A DNA stretch of 32,134 nucleotides from Mycobacteriales bacterium (GTDB taxonomy: Bacteria > Actinomycetota > Actinomycetes > Mycobacteriales > SCTD01): assembly GCA_038255675.1 (NCBI GenBank), contig JBBSLB010000003.1:1-32134 (forward strand), given 5' to 3'. Numbering within the stretch: position 1 is the first letter of the stretch; each line of letters starts with the position of its first letter. Shown piece by piece: positions 17,607 through 26,246 of the stretch. The notes under the pieces are model-generated. The model had not been told where the DNA came from. It saw nothing but the letters and a program-made list of their open reading frames with translations, and made no database searches. Position numbers and translations under genes: made by a program.

Positions 17607-19787
17607 GTGCTGACCCTCACCGCGGTGCTACGCGGCTCGGCCCGCTACGACCGGCACGGCATCGTGCGGCTGCCGCTGCAGGCGCTGTCCGGCCTTGGCG
17701 TGCAGGACGGCGGCGTGGTGCTGCTGCGCGGCCGGCGCACCACGGGGGCCGTCGCGGTCATCGCACCGCTGGACTGCCCGCCCGGCAGCGTGCTCTGCGA
17801 CGAGCTGGTGCTGTCCAACCTCGGTCTGCGTGACGGCGACACCGTCGTGGTCGAGCCGCACCCGCGGGTCGAGGCCGCCCGGATCACCGTCACGGGGCCG
17901 GACGAGGTGTCGCGCACGGTCGACCCCGGCGTGCTGCGCACCGCGCTGCTCGGCAAGGTCGTCACGACCGGCGACCAGGTGTCGCTGCGGCCGAGCGACC
18001 TCGCGCCACCGCAGGACTTCACCCGGCTGCGCGCGAGTCTGACCGCCTGGCTGGGCGCCGGCTGGACCTCTCAGATCCTGCACGTCACCGACGTCGAGCC
18101 GGCCGGTCCGTCGATGGTCACGATGGGCTCGGTCGTCGGCTGGCAGGGCGGCACGACGACCACCGGTCTGCCCACGCCGGCGCCGGCGCCCACCCCGCCG
18201 CTGTCCGCCCAACGGGGGGCCAAGGGGCTCGCTGACCTGCCCGGGCTGGAGAGCCAGGCCGCGGCACTCAAGGAGTGGCTGGACCTCGGCTTCCATCACC
18301 GCGACCTGCTCGCCAAGCTCGGCGCCTCCCCCGGCATGGGCGTGCTCGTCACAGGCCCGAGCGGCTCGGGCAAGGCCTCCCTGGTCGCGGCGGTCGCGCA
18401 AGAGGTCGGGGCCCGACTGGTGCAGGTGTGGGCGCCGTCTCTCGCCGCGACCGAGCCCACCGAGGCGGCCCGGTCGCTGGTCGAGCTGCTGGCGCGGGCC
18501 ACCCGCGAGTCACCGGCCGTCGTGCTCGTCGTGGACGTCGAGGCGATCGCGCCGCGCGACGGCGCCGGGCCGGTGCTGCCGGTCTTCCTGCAGGCGGTCC
18601 GCGACACCGTCCGCGACGGCCGGGCCGCGGTCGTGTGCACCACCGCCCACCCGGAGAAGGTCTCGCTCGAGCTGCGCGCCCCCGGCACGCTCGACCACGA
18701 GCTCGTGATCCCGCTGCCCGACCGGCCGCAGCGGATGCGGCTGCTCGAGGTGGCCACCCACAGCGTCCCGCTCGACCAGGACGTCGCGCTCGACGACGTC
18801 GCCGGTCGTACGCCCGGGTTCGTCGCCGCCGACGTGCTGGCGCTGGTCCGCGAGGCCGGGCTGCGAGCGGCCGCCCGGCAGCGCGGCTCCGACGCGCCCA
18901 CGCTGACGGCGGCGGACTTCGACGCCGCGCTCGAGGTCGTGCGGGCTACCTCGATGGAGGGCTCCCAGCTCGACCTCGGCACCCTGACGCTCGACGACGT
19001 CGGCGACATGGTCGAGGTGAAGGCCGCGCTGACCGAGGCGGTCCTGTGGCCGCTGAACTACCCGGACACCTTCGCCCGGCTCGGCGTCGAGCCGCCGCGC
19101 GGGATGCTGCTCTACGGCCCGCCCGGTTGCGGGAAGACCTTCCTGGTCAGGGCGATCGCGGGCTCCGGCCAGGCCAACGTGCTGTCCGTCAAGGGAGCCG
19201 AGCTGCTGAGCAAGTGGGTCGGCGAGTCCGAGCGGGCCGTGCGCGAGCTGTTCCGCCGGGCCCGCGAGTCGGCGCCTGCGATCGTCTTCCTCGACGAGGT
19301 CGACGCGCTCGCCCCGGTCCGCGGCCAGTCGACCGACGGCGGCACCACCGACCGGGTCGTCGCCTCGCTGCTCACCGAGCTCGACGGGGTGGAGTCGCTA
19401 CGTGACGTCGTCGTCATCGGCGCGACCAACCGGCCGGACCTGGTCGACCCCGCGATGCTCCGACCGGGCCGGCTCGAGCGGCTCGTCTACGCCCCGCCGC
19501 CGGACGCCGCGGCCCGCGCGCTCATCCTCGCCGCAGCAGCCAGGACGGTGCCGCTGGCGCCCGACGTCGACCTGGTCGAGGTGGGGCAGCGCACCGAGGG
19601 CTACAGCGCCGCCGACTGCGCGGCGCTGGTCCGCGAGGCGGCGCTCACGGCCATGCGCGAGTCGATGTCGGCCACCGCCGTCACCGCCGCCCACGTCGAG
19701 GCCGCCCTGGCCGCCGTCCGACCGTCGCTGGACCCGGCGCAGGTCGCCGCACTCGCCGGCTACGCGGAGCGTCGCGCCGGCCGCTGA
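17607..19787 (+). CDS. cpa: Cdc48/VCP-like double AAA+ ATPase (Cpa, Rv0435c-like)
   Basis: 726 aa; N domain, degenerate D1 (GPSGSGKAS; VVLVVDVE), canonical D2 (GPPGCGKT, SKWVGESE, IVFLDEVD, ATNRPD, LRPGRL). Confidence 0.88.
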   Translation: MLTLTAVLRGSARYDRHGIVRLPLQALSGLGVQDGGVVLLRGRRTTGAVAVIAPLDCPPGSVLCDELVLSNLGLRDGDTVVVEPHPRVEAARITVTGPDEVSRTVDPGVLRTALLGKVVTTGDQVSLRPSDLAPPQDFTRLRASLTAWLGAGWTSQILHVTDVEPAGPSMVTMGSVVGWQGGTTTTGLPTPAPAPTPPLSAQRGAKGLADLPGLESQAAALKEWLDLGFHHRDLLAKLGASPGMGVLVTGPSGSGKASLVAAVAQEVGARLVQVWAPSLAATEPTEAARSLVELLARATRESPAVVLVVDVEAIAPRDGAGPVLPVFLQAVRDTVRDGRAAVVCTTAHPEKVSLELRAPGTLDHELVIPLPDRPQRMRLLEVATHSVPLDQDVALDDVAGRTPGFVAADVLALVREAGLRAAARQRGSDAPTLTAADFDAALEVVRATSMEGSQLDLGTLTLDDVGDMVEVKAALTEAVLWPLNYPDTFARLGVEPPRGMLLYGPPGCGKTFLVRAIAGSGQANVLSVKGAELLSKWVGESERAVRELFRRARESAPAIVFLDEVDALAPVRGQSTDGGTTDRVVASLLTELDGVESLRDVVVIGATNRPDLVDPAMLRPGRLERLVYAPPPDAAARALILAAAARTVPLAPDVDLVEVGQRTEGYSAADCAALVREAALTAMRESMSATAVTAAHVEAALAAVRPSLDPAQVAALAGYAERRAGR

Positions 19788-19797
19788 CGCACGCGCG

Positions 19798-20559
19798 TCA
19801 GAGCAGGCTGCGGAGCAGCTCCACGACGCCGGCCGGGCCGTCGACGACGACGTCGGCGCGCTCGCGCAGCGCGGCCGGCCCCTCGGCGCTGCCGCTGCAG
19901 ACGAGCACCCCTGGCACACCCCGGCCGCGCAGCTCGTCGACCGCGTCGTACGCCGGCAGATCACCCAGGTCGTCACCGGCGAAGAGCACCGCTGTCGGGA
20001 GCGGCTCGCAGAGCGACAGCAGCGCGCTGCGCTTGTCGTAGCCGGGGGGGCGCAGCTCGAGGACGAAGCGACCGGGGTGCACCTCGAGACCGGTGGCGGC
20101 GGCGAGCTCGCCGACCGGGCCGGCCAGCCGCTCCAGCGCGCCGGCCGGGTCGGGTGCGCGCCGGGTGTGCACGACCACCGCGAGCCCCTTGTCCTCCAGG
20201 TCGGCGCCCTCGGGTGCGAGCAGAGCAGGCAGCGCCTCGCGGGCCTGCGCGACACCGGGGAGCTCCTGGGCAGCCGTGACCTCGCCGGCGGACCAGCGCT
20301 GGGCGCCGTACTGGCCCAGGACCGCCAGACCGGGCACGTGGGCCAGGCCGCCGAGCGCGACGACCACGTCAGCCGGGCGGCCGGTGACCAGCGCCAGTGT
20401 CCCTACCCGCCCGGCCAGCGCTGCCAGCACCTCGACAGCACCCGGGGCGGCGACCGCGTCCGACGGCCGAGCCACGATCGGGGCGAGTGTGCCGTCGTAG
20501 TCCAGCGCGATCACCGCGCCGTCGAGCCGGGCACGCAGGACGTCGAGGAGGTCGGCCAC
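19798..20559 (-). CDS. otsB: Trehalose-6-phosphate phosphatase (HAD)
   Basis: LDYDGTLAPIV, VTGR, EDKG, LELRP...DK, FAGDDLGDLPAY. Confidence 0.93.
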   Translation of the reverse strand: MADLLDVLRARLDGAVIALDYDGTLAPIVARPSDAVAAPGAVEVLAALAGRVGTLALVTGRPADVVVALGGLAHVPGLAVLGQYGAQRWSAGEVTAAQELPGVAQAREALPALLAPEGADLEDKGLAVVVHTRRAPDPAGALERLAGPVGELAAATGLEVHPGRFVLELRPPGYDKRSALLSLCEPLPTAVLFAGDDLGDLPAYDAVDELRGRGVPGVLVCSGSAEGPAALRERADVVVDGPAGVVELLRSLL

Positions 20560-20569
20560 GCGGGCGAGC

Positions 20570-20986
20570 CTAGGAGTCGACCGCGCCCTCGGTGACGGGG
20601 ACCAGGGGCACCAGGCCCTCCCACTGGCTGATGGAGCAGCCGTTCGACCGCGACAGCTGGAGATCCACCGGCTCGCCGTCCCACCGGCCGGTCACCCGCG
20701 CGGTCTGCGGACCGCCGTACAGCTCTGTGCACATCTGATCGGCCGGCAGCGCGGCGAAGGGCTCGTCCAGCTCCTGCAGGTGCGCGCAGACCGCCGCTGC
20801 GTCAGGGTGGCTGCCGCTGACCGGGTCGCCGCAGCCGAGCGTCCAGGTCACCGGTGCGCTGCCGTCGCCCGCGTCGTAGGCCACGGACAGCTCGGACGCC
20901 TGCGGACTCGCGCCGGTGTCGAGCGCGTCCTCGGACGCGCCGCAGGCGGCCAGCAGGAGCAGCGGCAGGAGCAGGAGCGGCTTCAT
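20570..20986 (-). CDS. SSI (subtilisin inhibitor-like) lipoprotein
   Basis: Lipobox LAAC; WTLGC....GSHPDAAAVC...MCTELYGGPQTARVTGRWDG......SRSNGC.I..W. Confidence 0.85.
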   Translation of the reverse strand: MKPLLLLPLLLLAACGASEDALDTGASPQASELSVAYDAGDGSAPVTWTLGCGDPVSGSHPDAAAVCAHLQELDEPFAALPADQMCTELYGGPQTARVTGRWDGEPVDLQLSRSNGCSISQWEGLVPLVPVTEGAVDS

Positions 20987-21023
20987 GGCGGTCAGACGCA
21001 CGTCGGCGCCGTTCGGCTCCCGC

Positions 21024-21689
21024 TCACGAGGAGAAATCGCGGGTGAGCACGACCGTCAGCCCGCTGCCCGGCAGGTTCTCCGGCCGCGGCAAGAGCCGCT
21101 GGACGCCGGGAAAGCGGCTCGCGAACTCGCGTGCGGCGGCCTCGAGACCGGCCGGGTAGTAGACGGTCGTCGACCGGATCCGTCCGCGGAAGTTGCCGGT
21201 CACGGCGACCGGCCAACCCGCCGCCTCGAACTGCTGGGCGCCGCGGTCGGCCAGCCCGGTGATGCGTGAGTTGTTGAGCACCGTCACCGGCACGACGACC
21301 GATGGCGCGACCGGCGCGGCGGGGGCCTGGACGACCGCGGGCGGGGCGACCGGCGCGGCGGGGGCCTCGACGGCCGCGGGCGGGTCGATCGGAGCGGTCT
21401 CCCCCTCCTGCCGGGTGGCGAGCGGGTCGGCCACCTCCACGCCGGCCGAGACGGGGACGACGACCGGGCCGGTGCCGGTGCCCTGGGAGGGGTCGCCGCT
21501 GATCCAGAGCAGGGTGACGATGCCGAGGGCGACGCCGGCGACCGACACCGCGGCCCCGGCCAGCGCGCGGCTCGGCGCCAGACGGCCGGGCTGCTCGGAG
21601 CGCTCCGGCGAGGGGAGGTACGGCTCGTCGGCGGCCCGGAAGCCGACGGCGACGGCCGGGTCGTGCAAGGGGGAGTCCCCCTCGGTCAC
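21024..21689 (-). CDS. LytR C-terminal domain membrane protein (VirR/Rv0431-like)
   Basis: One TM segment, Pro/Ala linker, then VTVLNNSRITGLA...GW.V...GN......TTVYY...LTVVLT. Confidence 0.87.
   Translation of the reverse strand: MTEGDSPLHDPAVAVGFRAADEPYLPSPERSEQPGRLAPSRALAGAAVSVAGVALGIVTLLWISGDPSQGTGTGPVVVPVSAGVEVADPLATRQEGETAPIDPPAAVEAPAAPVAPPAVVQAPAAPVAPSVVVPVTVLNNSRITGLADRGAQQFEAAGWPVAVTGNFRGRIRSTTVYYPAGLEAAAREFASRFPGVQRLLPRPENLPGSGLTVVLTRDFSS
21307..21384. repeat. 39-bp tandem duplication within the LytR_C linker
   Basis: Two near-identical units (21307-21345, 21346-21384) encoding PPAAVEAPAAPVA / PPAVVQAPAAPVA. Confidence 0.85.
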
Positions 21690-21697
21690 TCCGGTGC

Positions 21698-22000
21698 TCA
21701 GGCGTCGAGGCCGAGGCGGCGGGCCGAACGTGTCCGCTGGCGGCTCGAGCGCAGGCGACGCAGCCGCTTGACGAGCATTGGGTCGGCGACCAGCGCCTCG
21801 GGCCGGTCGATCAGGGCGTTGAGCACCTGGTAGTAGCGGGTCGCGCTCATGTCGAACAGGTCGCGGACCGCGGTCTCCTTGGCACCGGCGTACTTCCACC
21901 ACTGCCGCTCGAAGGCCAGGATCTCGAGCTCGCGCTCGGTCAGCGCCGTCGCTCCGGCGGACGCCGCCGGGGACAGGGACGCGGGGGTGGAACCGCTCAT
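21698..22000 (-). CDS. DUF3263 protein (NapA/Rv0430-like nucleoid-associated protein)
   Basis: LTERELEILAFERQWWKYAGAKETAVRDLFDMSATRYYQVLNALID.PEAL..DPMLVKRLRRLR; SD GGAGGA before ATG 22000. Confidence 0.93.
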   Translation of the reverse strand: MSGSTPASLSPAASAGATALTERELEILAFERQWWKYAGAKETAVRDLFDMSATRYYQVLNALIDRPEALVADPMLVKRLRRLRSSRQRTRSARRLGLDA

Positions 22001-22029
22001 CGAGTCCTCCTGCAGCCGGGCCGGGCCGA

Positions 22030-22049
22030 GAGTCACACCGTTGTGATTC
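22030..22049. promoter_or_regulatory. Imperfect palindrome upstream of DUF3263, candidate operator
   Basis: GAGTCACACCGTTGTGATTC, core TCACA-N4-TGTGA, 16/20 self-complementary. Confidence 0.6.
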
Positions 22050-22121
22050 GCGGTGCGGCCATGAAAGCACAAGCCCCCGACGCTGCGGTGGAGGTCGCGC
22101 CAGCCCGGCCGGGTGACGCCG

Positions 22122-23387
22122 CTACGGGTAGAGGCCGCGGGTGCGGTGCGCCTGCGCGACGCGCCCGACGCCGATGGTCTGCGCCGCCGTGCGCAGCGAC
22201 ACCCCGCGGTCGCGGGCCATCGTCGACACCTGGTCGTACGCCGACTCCATCAGGGCCTTGAGCCGGTCGTTGACCTCGTCCTCGGACCAGAAGTAGGCCT
22301 GCAGGTCCTGGACCCATTCGAAGTAGGACACCGCGACGCCGCCGGAGTTGGCCAGCACGTCGGGGACGACCAGGACGTTGTTGCCCTCCAGGATCTTGTC
22401 GGCATCAGGGGTGGTGGGACCGTTGGCACCCTCCACCACGAAGTAGGCCTTGATGCGGTCGGCGTTGCCCTCGTGGATGACCCCCTCGAGCGCGGCCGGT
22501 ACGAGGATGTCGACGTCGAGCTCGAGCAGCTCCTCGTTGCTGATGACGTCGGCGCCCGGGAAGCCCACCACGGTGTCCGCGCCGGCCTTGAGGTGCTTGA
22601 TCAGCGCCGCCGGGTTGAGGCCCTTGGCGTCGTGGACGCCGCCCTTCCAGTCCGACACGGCGACGACCAGGCAGCCCGCGTCGTGCAGGAACTGCGCGGC
22701 CAGGCCGCCGACCTTGCCGAAGCCCTGCACCGCCACGGTCGCGCCGCGGTGGTCGACACCAGCCTCGCGCAGCGCGCTGAACGCGGCGTACATGACGCCG
22801 CGGCTGGTGGCGCCGCCACGGCCCTCGGAGCCGCCGATCGACACCGGCTTGCCGGTCACGACGCCGGTCACGGTGTAGCCCTTGTGGGCAGAGAAGGTGT
22901 CCATCATCCAGGCCATCGTCTGCTCGTCCGTGCCGACGTCCGGGGCGGGGATGTCCTTCTCCGGGCCGATGATCGGCATGATCTCGCTGGCGTAGCGGCG
23001 GGTGACGCGCTCGAGCTCGTTGCGACTGAGCACCCGCGGGTCGACGGCCACGCCGCCCTTGGCGCCGCCGTACGGGATGCCGATGAGCGCGCACTTCCAG
23101 GTCATCCACATCGCCAGCGCGCGCACCTCGTCCATGTCGGTGGCCGGGTGGAAACGGACACCGCCCTTGGCCGGGCCGCGGGAGAAGTTGTGCTGGACGC
23201 GGTAGCCCTTGAGGACCTTCAGCGTGCCGTCGTCCCGGCGCAGCGGGACCGCCACCTCCATCGAGCGGCGCGGCGTCGCCAGCAGCTCGTGCATGCCGTC
23301 GTCGAGGCCGAGCTGCTCGACGGCCTGGGCCAGCTGGTGCAGCGCGCTGTCGAGCGCGGACATGCGTGCGGACATGCGTGCGGACAC
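22122..23387 (-). CDS. gdhA: Glutamate dehydrogenase (Glu/Leu/Phe/Val dehydrogenase family)
   Basis: GYRVQH, GPAKGGVRFHP, MTWKCA, GGAKGG, DIPAPDV, VQGFGKVG, EGANGP, NSGGVAVSYFEW. Three in-frame starts (23387, 23375, 23363); the SD fits 23387. Confidence 0.93.
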   Translation of the reverse strand: MSARMSARMSALDSALHQLAQAVEQLGLDDGMHELLATPRRSMEVAVPLRRDDGTLKVLKGYRVQHNFSRGPAKGGVRFHPATDMDEVRALAMWMTWKCALIGIPYGGAKGGVAVDPRVLSRNELERVTRRYASEIMPIIGPEKDIPAPDVGTDEQTMAWMMDTFSAHKGYTVTGVVTGKPVSIGGSEGRGGATSRGVMYAAFSALREAGVDHRGATVAVQGFGKVGGLAAQFLHDAGCLVVAVSDWKGGVHDAKGLNPAALIKHLKAGADTVVGFPGADVISNEELLELDVDILVPAALEGVIHEGNADRIKAYFVVEGANGPTTPDADKILEGNNVLVVPDVLANSGGVAVSYFEWVQDLQAYFWSEDEVNDRLKALMESAYDQVSTMARDRGVSLRTAAQTIGVGRVAQAHRTRGLYP

Positions 23388-23389
23388 GC
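23356..23389. repeat. 12-bp tandem repeat spanning the gdhA start
   Basis: GCGGACATGCGT-GCGGACATGCGT-GCGGACACGC, encoding MSAR-MSAR-MSAL. Confidence 0.9.
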
Positions 23390-23479
23390 TCTGGGGCTCC
23401 CTCGTCGGACTCCTGGGCGATCGCCGTTGACCGTCCAGCCGCGGGCGCCGAGGCGTCCGCCGGCCGAGGATGTCACGTC

Positions 23480-23535
23480 CGGGGGGCGGTGTGCCTCAGC
23501 CTGCGGCGAGCAGTGCCTTCCGCATCCGCCCCCCG
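23480..23535 (-). other. Structured hairpin in the paaE-gdhA intergenic region (candidate cis-regulatory RNA or terminator)
   Basis: Perfect 10-bp stem CGGGGGGCGG/CCGCCCCCCG enclosing UGC/GCA, a GGAAG/UGAG internal loop and a CUGC-UCGCC-GCAG apical hairpin. Confidence 0.55.
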
Positions 23536-23619
23536 CGGCCTTCGTCTTGTGGGGCGGTCGCTGGCGTGTCGCGGCACCTCGAGACAAAGATCGTCGCTCG
23601 GGATGGGGCGCTGAGGCGA

Positions 23620-24681
23620 CTACAGGAACTCGAGCCGGACCTCGTCGGTGACAGGGTGGGACTGGCAGGTCAGCACGATCCCGGCGGCGAGCTCGTCGGG
23701 CTCGAGGGCGTAGTTGACGTCCATCTCGACCGCACCGCTGATGCAGCGCGCCCGGCAGGTGCCGCAGACGCCGCCCTTGCACGCATAGGGAGCGTCGGAC
23801 CGCACGGCCAGGACGGCGTCCAGGACGCTCGGCCCGTCGGGGGGCACGGGCACCGTGGTCGACCGACCGTGCAGCACGACCGTCACCGCGCATGTGCCGG
23901 CGGACAAGGCACTCTCACGCACCCGCGGCGGCGGGGCGTCGGCATGGAAGAGCTCGACGTGCACGGAACGCTCCTGCACACCGCGGTCGAGCAGCAGCTG
24001 CTGCGCCCCCGTCACCATGCCGAACGGCCCGCACAGGTACCACTCGTCGACGTCGACGAGCACGGTGTCGAGCAGCCGCTCGAGCCGCTCGCGGTCGAGC
24101 CGGCCGGACAGCAGCTCGGACTCCTGCTCCTCGCGGGAGAGCACGTGCAGCACCTGCAGCCGGTCGGGAAAGCGGTCCTTGAGGTCGCTGAGCTCCTCCA
24201 GCAGCATCACGTCGGCGCTGGTGCGGTTGCCGTAGACCAGCACCACCTCGCTGCCGGGCTCGACGTCCAGCACCGTCGCCGCGATGGACAGCACCGGCGT
24301 GATGCCGCTGCCTGCAGCGACCAGGCCGTAGCGCAGCGAGCGGGACGGGTCGACCACCGGGCCGAAGCGACCGGCCGGCGGGAGCACCTCGAGCTCGTCA
24401 CCGGGCCGGAGGCTGTCGAGCACCCAGCCGGAGAACGCGCCGCCGTCGAGCCGCTTCACCGCGACACGCAGCGACCCGCCCGCCGCGCTCGTGCACAGCG
24501 AGTAGGTCCGCCTCAGGTCCTCCCCCGCGACGATGCGGCGAAGCGTCAGATGCTGCCCGGGGCGGAAGCGGAACTCCTCCTCCAGCGCCGGTGGCACGTC
24601 GAAGGTCAGCGCAACGCTGTCACTGGTCAGCGGGTCGACCGCCGCTACGCGCAACGTCGAGAAGCCGTATGCCTCGGCCAC
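23620..24681 (-). CDS. paaE: Phenylacetyl-CoA epoxidase reductase subunit (FAD/NAD + 2Fe-2S)
   Basis: FRPGQHLTLR, RRTYSLC, GGAFS, AAGSGITPV, YGNR, CGP, PYACKGGVCGTCRA...LTCQS. Confidence 0.95.
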   Translation of the reverse strand: MAEAYGFSTLRVAAVDPLTSDSVALTFDVPPALEEEFRFRPGQHLTLRRIVAGEDLRRTYSLCTSAAGGSLRVAVKRLDGGAFSGWVLDSLRPGDELEVLPPAGRFGPVVDPSRSLRYGLVAAGSGITPVLSIAATVLDVEPGSEVVLVYGNRTSADVMLLEELSDLKDRFPDRLQVLHVLSREEQESELLSGRLDRERLERLLDTVLVDVDEWYLCGPFGMVTGAQQLLLDRGVQERSVHVELFHADAPPPRVRESALSAGTCAVTVVLHGRSTTVPVPPDGPSVLDAVLAVRSDAPYACKGGVCGTCRARCISGAVEMDVNYALEPDELAAGIVLTCQSHPVTDEVRLEFL

Positions 24682-24683
24682 TC

Positions 24684-25163
24684 TCAGTGCGCCTTGAAGT
24701 AGTCGAAGGGTTCGCGGCAGGACCGGCAGCGCCACAGCGCCTTGCACGACGTCGATCCGAAGCGGGTCAGCTCCTCGGTGTCGCTGGACCCGCACTGCGG
24801 GCACGCCACGACGGCGCGCGGACGGATCTGCAGCAGCAGCTCTCCCGGCGGCGCGATGCCGTGCTCGCGCAGCTTGCGACGCCCGTCGTCGCTCATCCAG
24901 GCCGTCGTCCAGGCCGGCGCCAGCACGGTGCGCACCTCGACGTCGTCCCAGCCGCGCGCCGCGAGCGCGGCCGCGATGTCGGCGCGGATCTCGTCCATCG
25001 CCGGGCAGCCTGAGTAGGTGGGGGTGACGGTCACGACGACGTGCTCGCCGTCGACGGACACCTCGCGCAGCACGCCGAGGTCCTCGATGGTGAGGACCGG
25101 GATCTCCGGGTCGTGCACCGCCGCCAGCACCTGGCGCACCTGATCCGCCGTCGTCACCAGCAC
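24684..25163 (-). CDS. paaD: Phenylacetyl-CoA epoxidase subunit D (Fe-S maturation)
   Basis: DPEIPVLTIEDLG, TPTYSGCPAM, PAWTT, CPQCGS...FGSTSCKALWRC..C.EPFDYFK. Confidence 0.95.
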   Translation of the reverse strand: MLVTTADQVRQVLAAVHDPEIPVLTIEDLGVLREVSVDGEHVVVTVTPTYSGCPAMDEIRADIAAALAARGWDDVEVRTVLAPAWTTAWMSDDGRRKLREHGIAPPGELLLQIRPRAVVACPQCGSSDTEELTRFGSTSCKALWRCRSCREPFDYFKAH

Positions 25164-25170
25164 GCACCCG

Positions 25171-25941
25171 TCACCAGGACACGCCCGGGTGGGAGCGGTG
25201 CAGGTGCTGCAGCTCGGCGAGCAGGTAGCCGAACGCCTCGGTGTGCGCGCCGCTCCGGCCGCCCGTCGGCCGCCAGCTGGTCTCCGGCACCGCCAACGTC
25301 GCCTCCGCCAGCACCTCCTCCACCGTCACGCGCCAGACCCGCTGCAGCGCAGCAGGATCCGCGGCCACCCCGCGGGCGATCAATCGCTCCAGCAGAGGGT
25401 CGAGCTCGAACAGCTCAACGGCGTAGGGCCACACCTCGTCGAGCCCTGCCTGCACCCGGCGGCGCGACTCCTCGGTGCCGTCGCCCAGCCGGACGACCCA
25501 CGAACGGGCGTGGTCGAGGTGGTAAGCGACCTCCTTCACCGCCTTGCCGGCGATCGCCGCGAGGTCGGCGTCGGTCGACGCGCACAGCGCCTGCCAGAGC
25601 GGGACGGCGTACGCGGCGACGAGCAGCTGCCGGGCCATCGTACGGCCAAAGTCGCCGTTCTCCAGCTCGACGAGCTGGACGTTGACGACGTCGGGCTCGT
25701 CGCGCAGGAAGGCCAGGGCGTCCTCGTCGCGGCCGCGACCCTCGCGCACGCCGGCCAGGGTCAGCAGGCTGCGCGCCTGGCCGAGCAAGTCGAGCGCGAG
25801 GTTCATCAGCGCGACGTCCTCCTCGAGCTGCGGCGAGCGCGCCGCCCACTCGCACAGCCGCTGGGCGAGTACCAGGGAGTCATCGCCGAGCCGGAGGCAG
25901 TAGGTCGCGACGTCGAGGTCGACCTCGGTGGTCGTCGTCAT
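25171..25941 (-). CDS. paaC: Phenylacetyl-CoA epoxidase subunit C
   Basis: LRLGDDSLVLAQRL.EW, PQLEEDVAL.N.ALDLLGQAR, KAVKEVAYH, RLGDGTEES, LLAELQ.L.RSHPG..W. Confidence 0.95.
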   Translation of the reverse strand: MTTTTEVDLDVATYCLRLGDDSLVLAQRLCEWAARSPQLEEDVALMNLALDLLGQARSLLTLAGVREGRGRDEDALAFLRDEPDVVNVQLVELENGDFGRTMARQLLVAAYAVPLWQALCASTDADLAAIAGKAVKEVAYHLDHARSWVVRLGDGTEESRRRVQAGLDEVWPYAVELFELDPLLERLIARGVAADPAALQRVWRVTVEEVLAEATLAVPETSWRPTGGRSGAHTEAFGYLLAELQHLHRSHPGVSW

Positions 25942-26246
25942 CAGAGGTGCTGGACCTCGTCGGGGACCTCGTAGAAGGTCGGGTGGCGGTAGGGCTTGTC
26001 GCCTGCCGGGTCGAAGAAGGCGTCCTTCTCGTCGGGGCTGCTCGCGACCACGTCGCCGGCGCGCACCACCCAGATGGACACGCCCTCCTGCCGCCGGGTG
26101 TAGAGGTCGCGGGCGTTGCGCAGCGCCATGTGGGCATCCGGCGCGTGCAGGCTGCCGGCGTGGGTGTGAGAGAGGCCGCGCCGGCTCCGGACGAAGACCT
26201 CCCACAGCGGCGAGCCGCTCGAAAGACGCTGCGGCTGCTGCGTCAC
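25941..26246 (-). CDS. paaB: Phenylacetyl-CoA epoxidase subunit B
   Basis: [45 protein letters not shown]...[10 protein letters not shown]. Confidence 0.96.
   Translation of the reverse strand: MTQQPQRLSSGSPLWEVFVRSRRGLSHTHAGSLHAPDAHMALRNARDLYTRRQEGVSIWVVRAGDVVASSPDEKDAFFDPAGDKPYRHPTFYEVPDEVQHL

Noticed and set aside
22030-22049. CRP/GlxR site
   Set aside because: Half-sites are in the opposite order and spacing (TCACA-N4-TGTGA versus TGTGA-N6-TCACA).
22122-23387. Phenylalanine dehydrogenase feeding the paa pathway
   Set aside because: Length of about 420 aa and the glutamate-specificity Lys (GPAKGG) and Ser (GGVAVSYFE) indicate glutamate dehydrogenase.
23511-23521. GGAAGGCACUG as a natural Sassanfar-Szostak ATP aptamer loop (GGAAGAAACUG)
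   Set aside because: Two loop positions differ and the required opposing bulged G does not fit the flanking helices.
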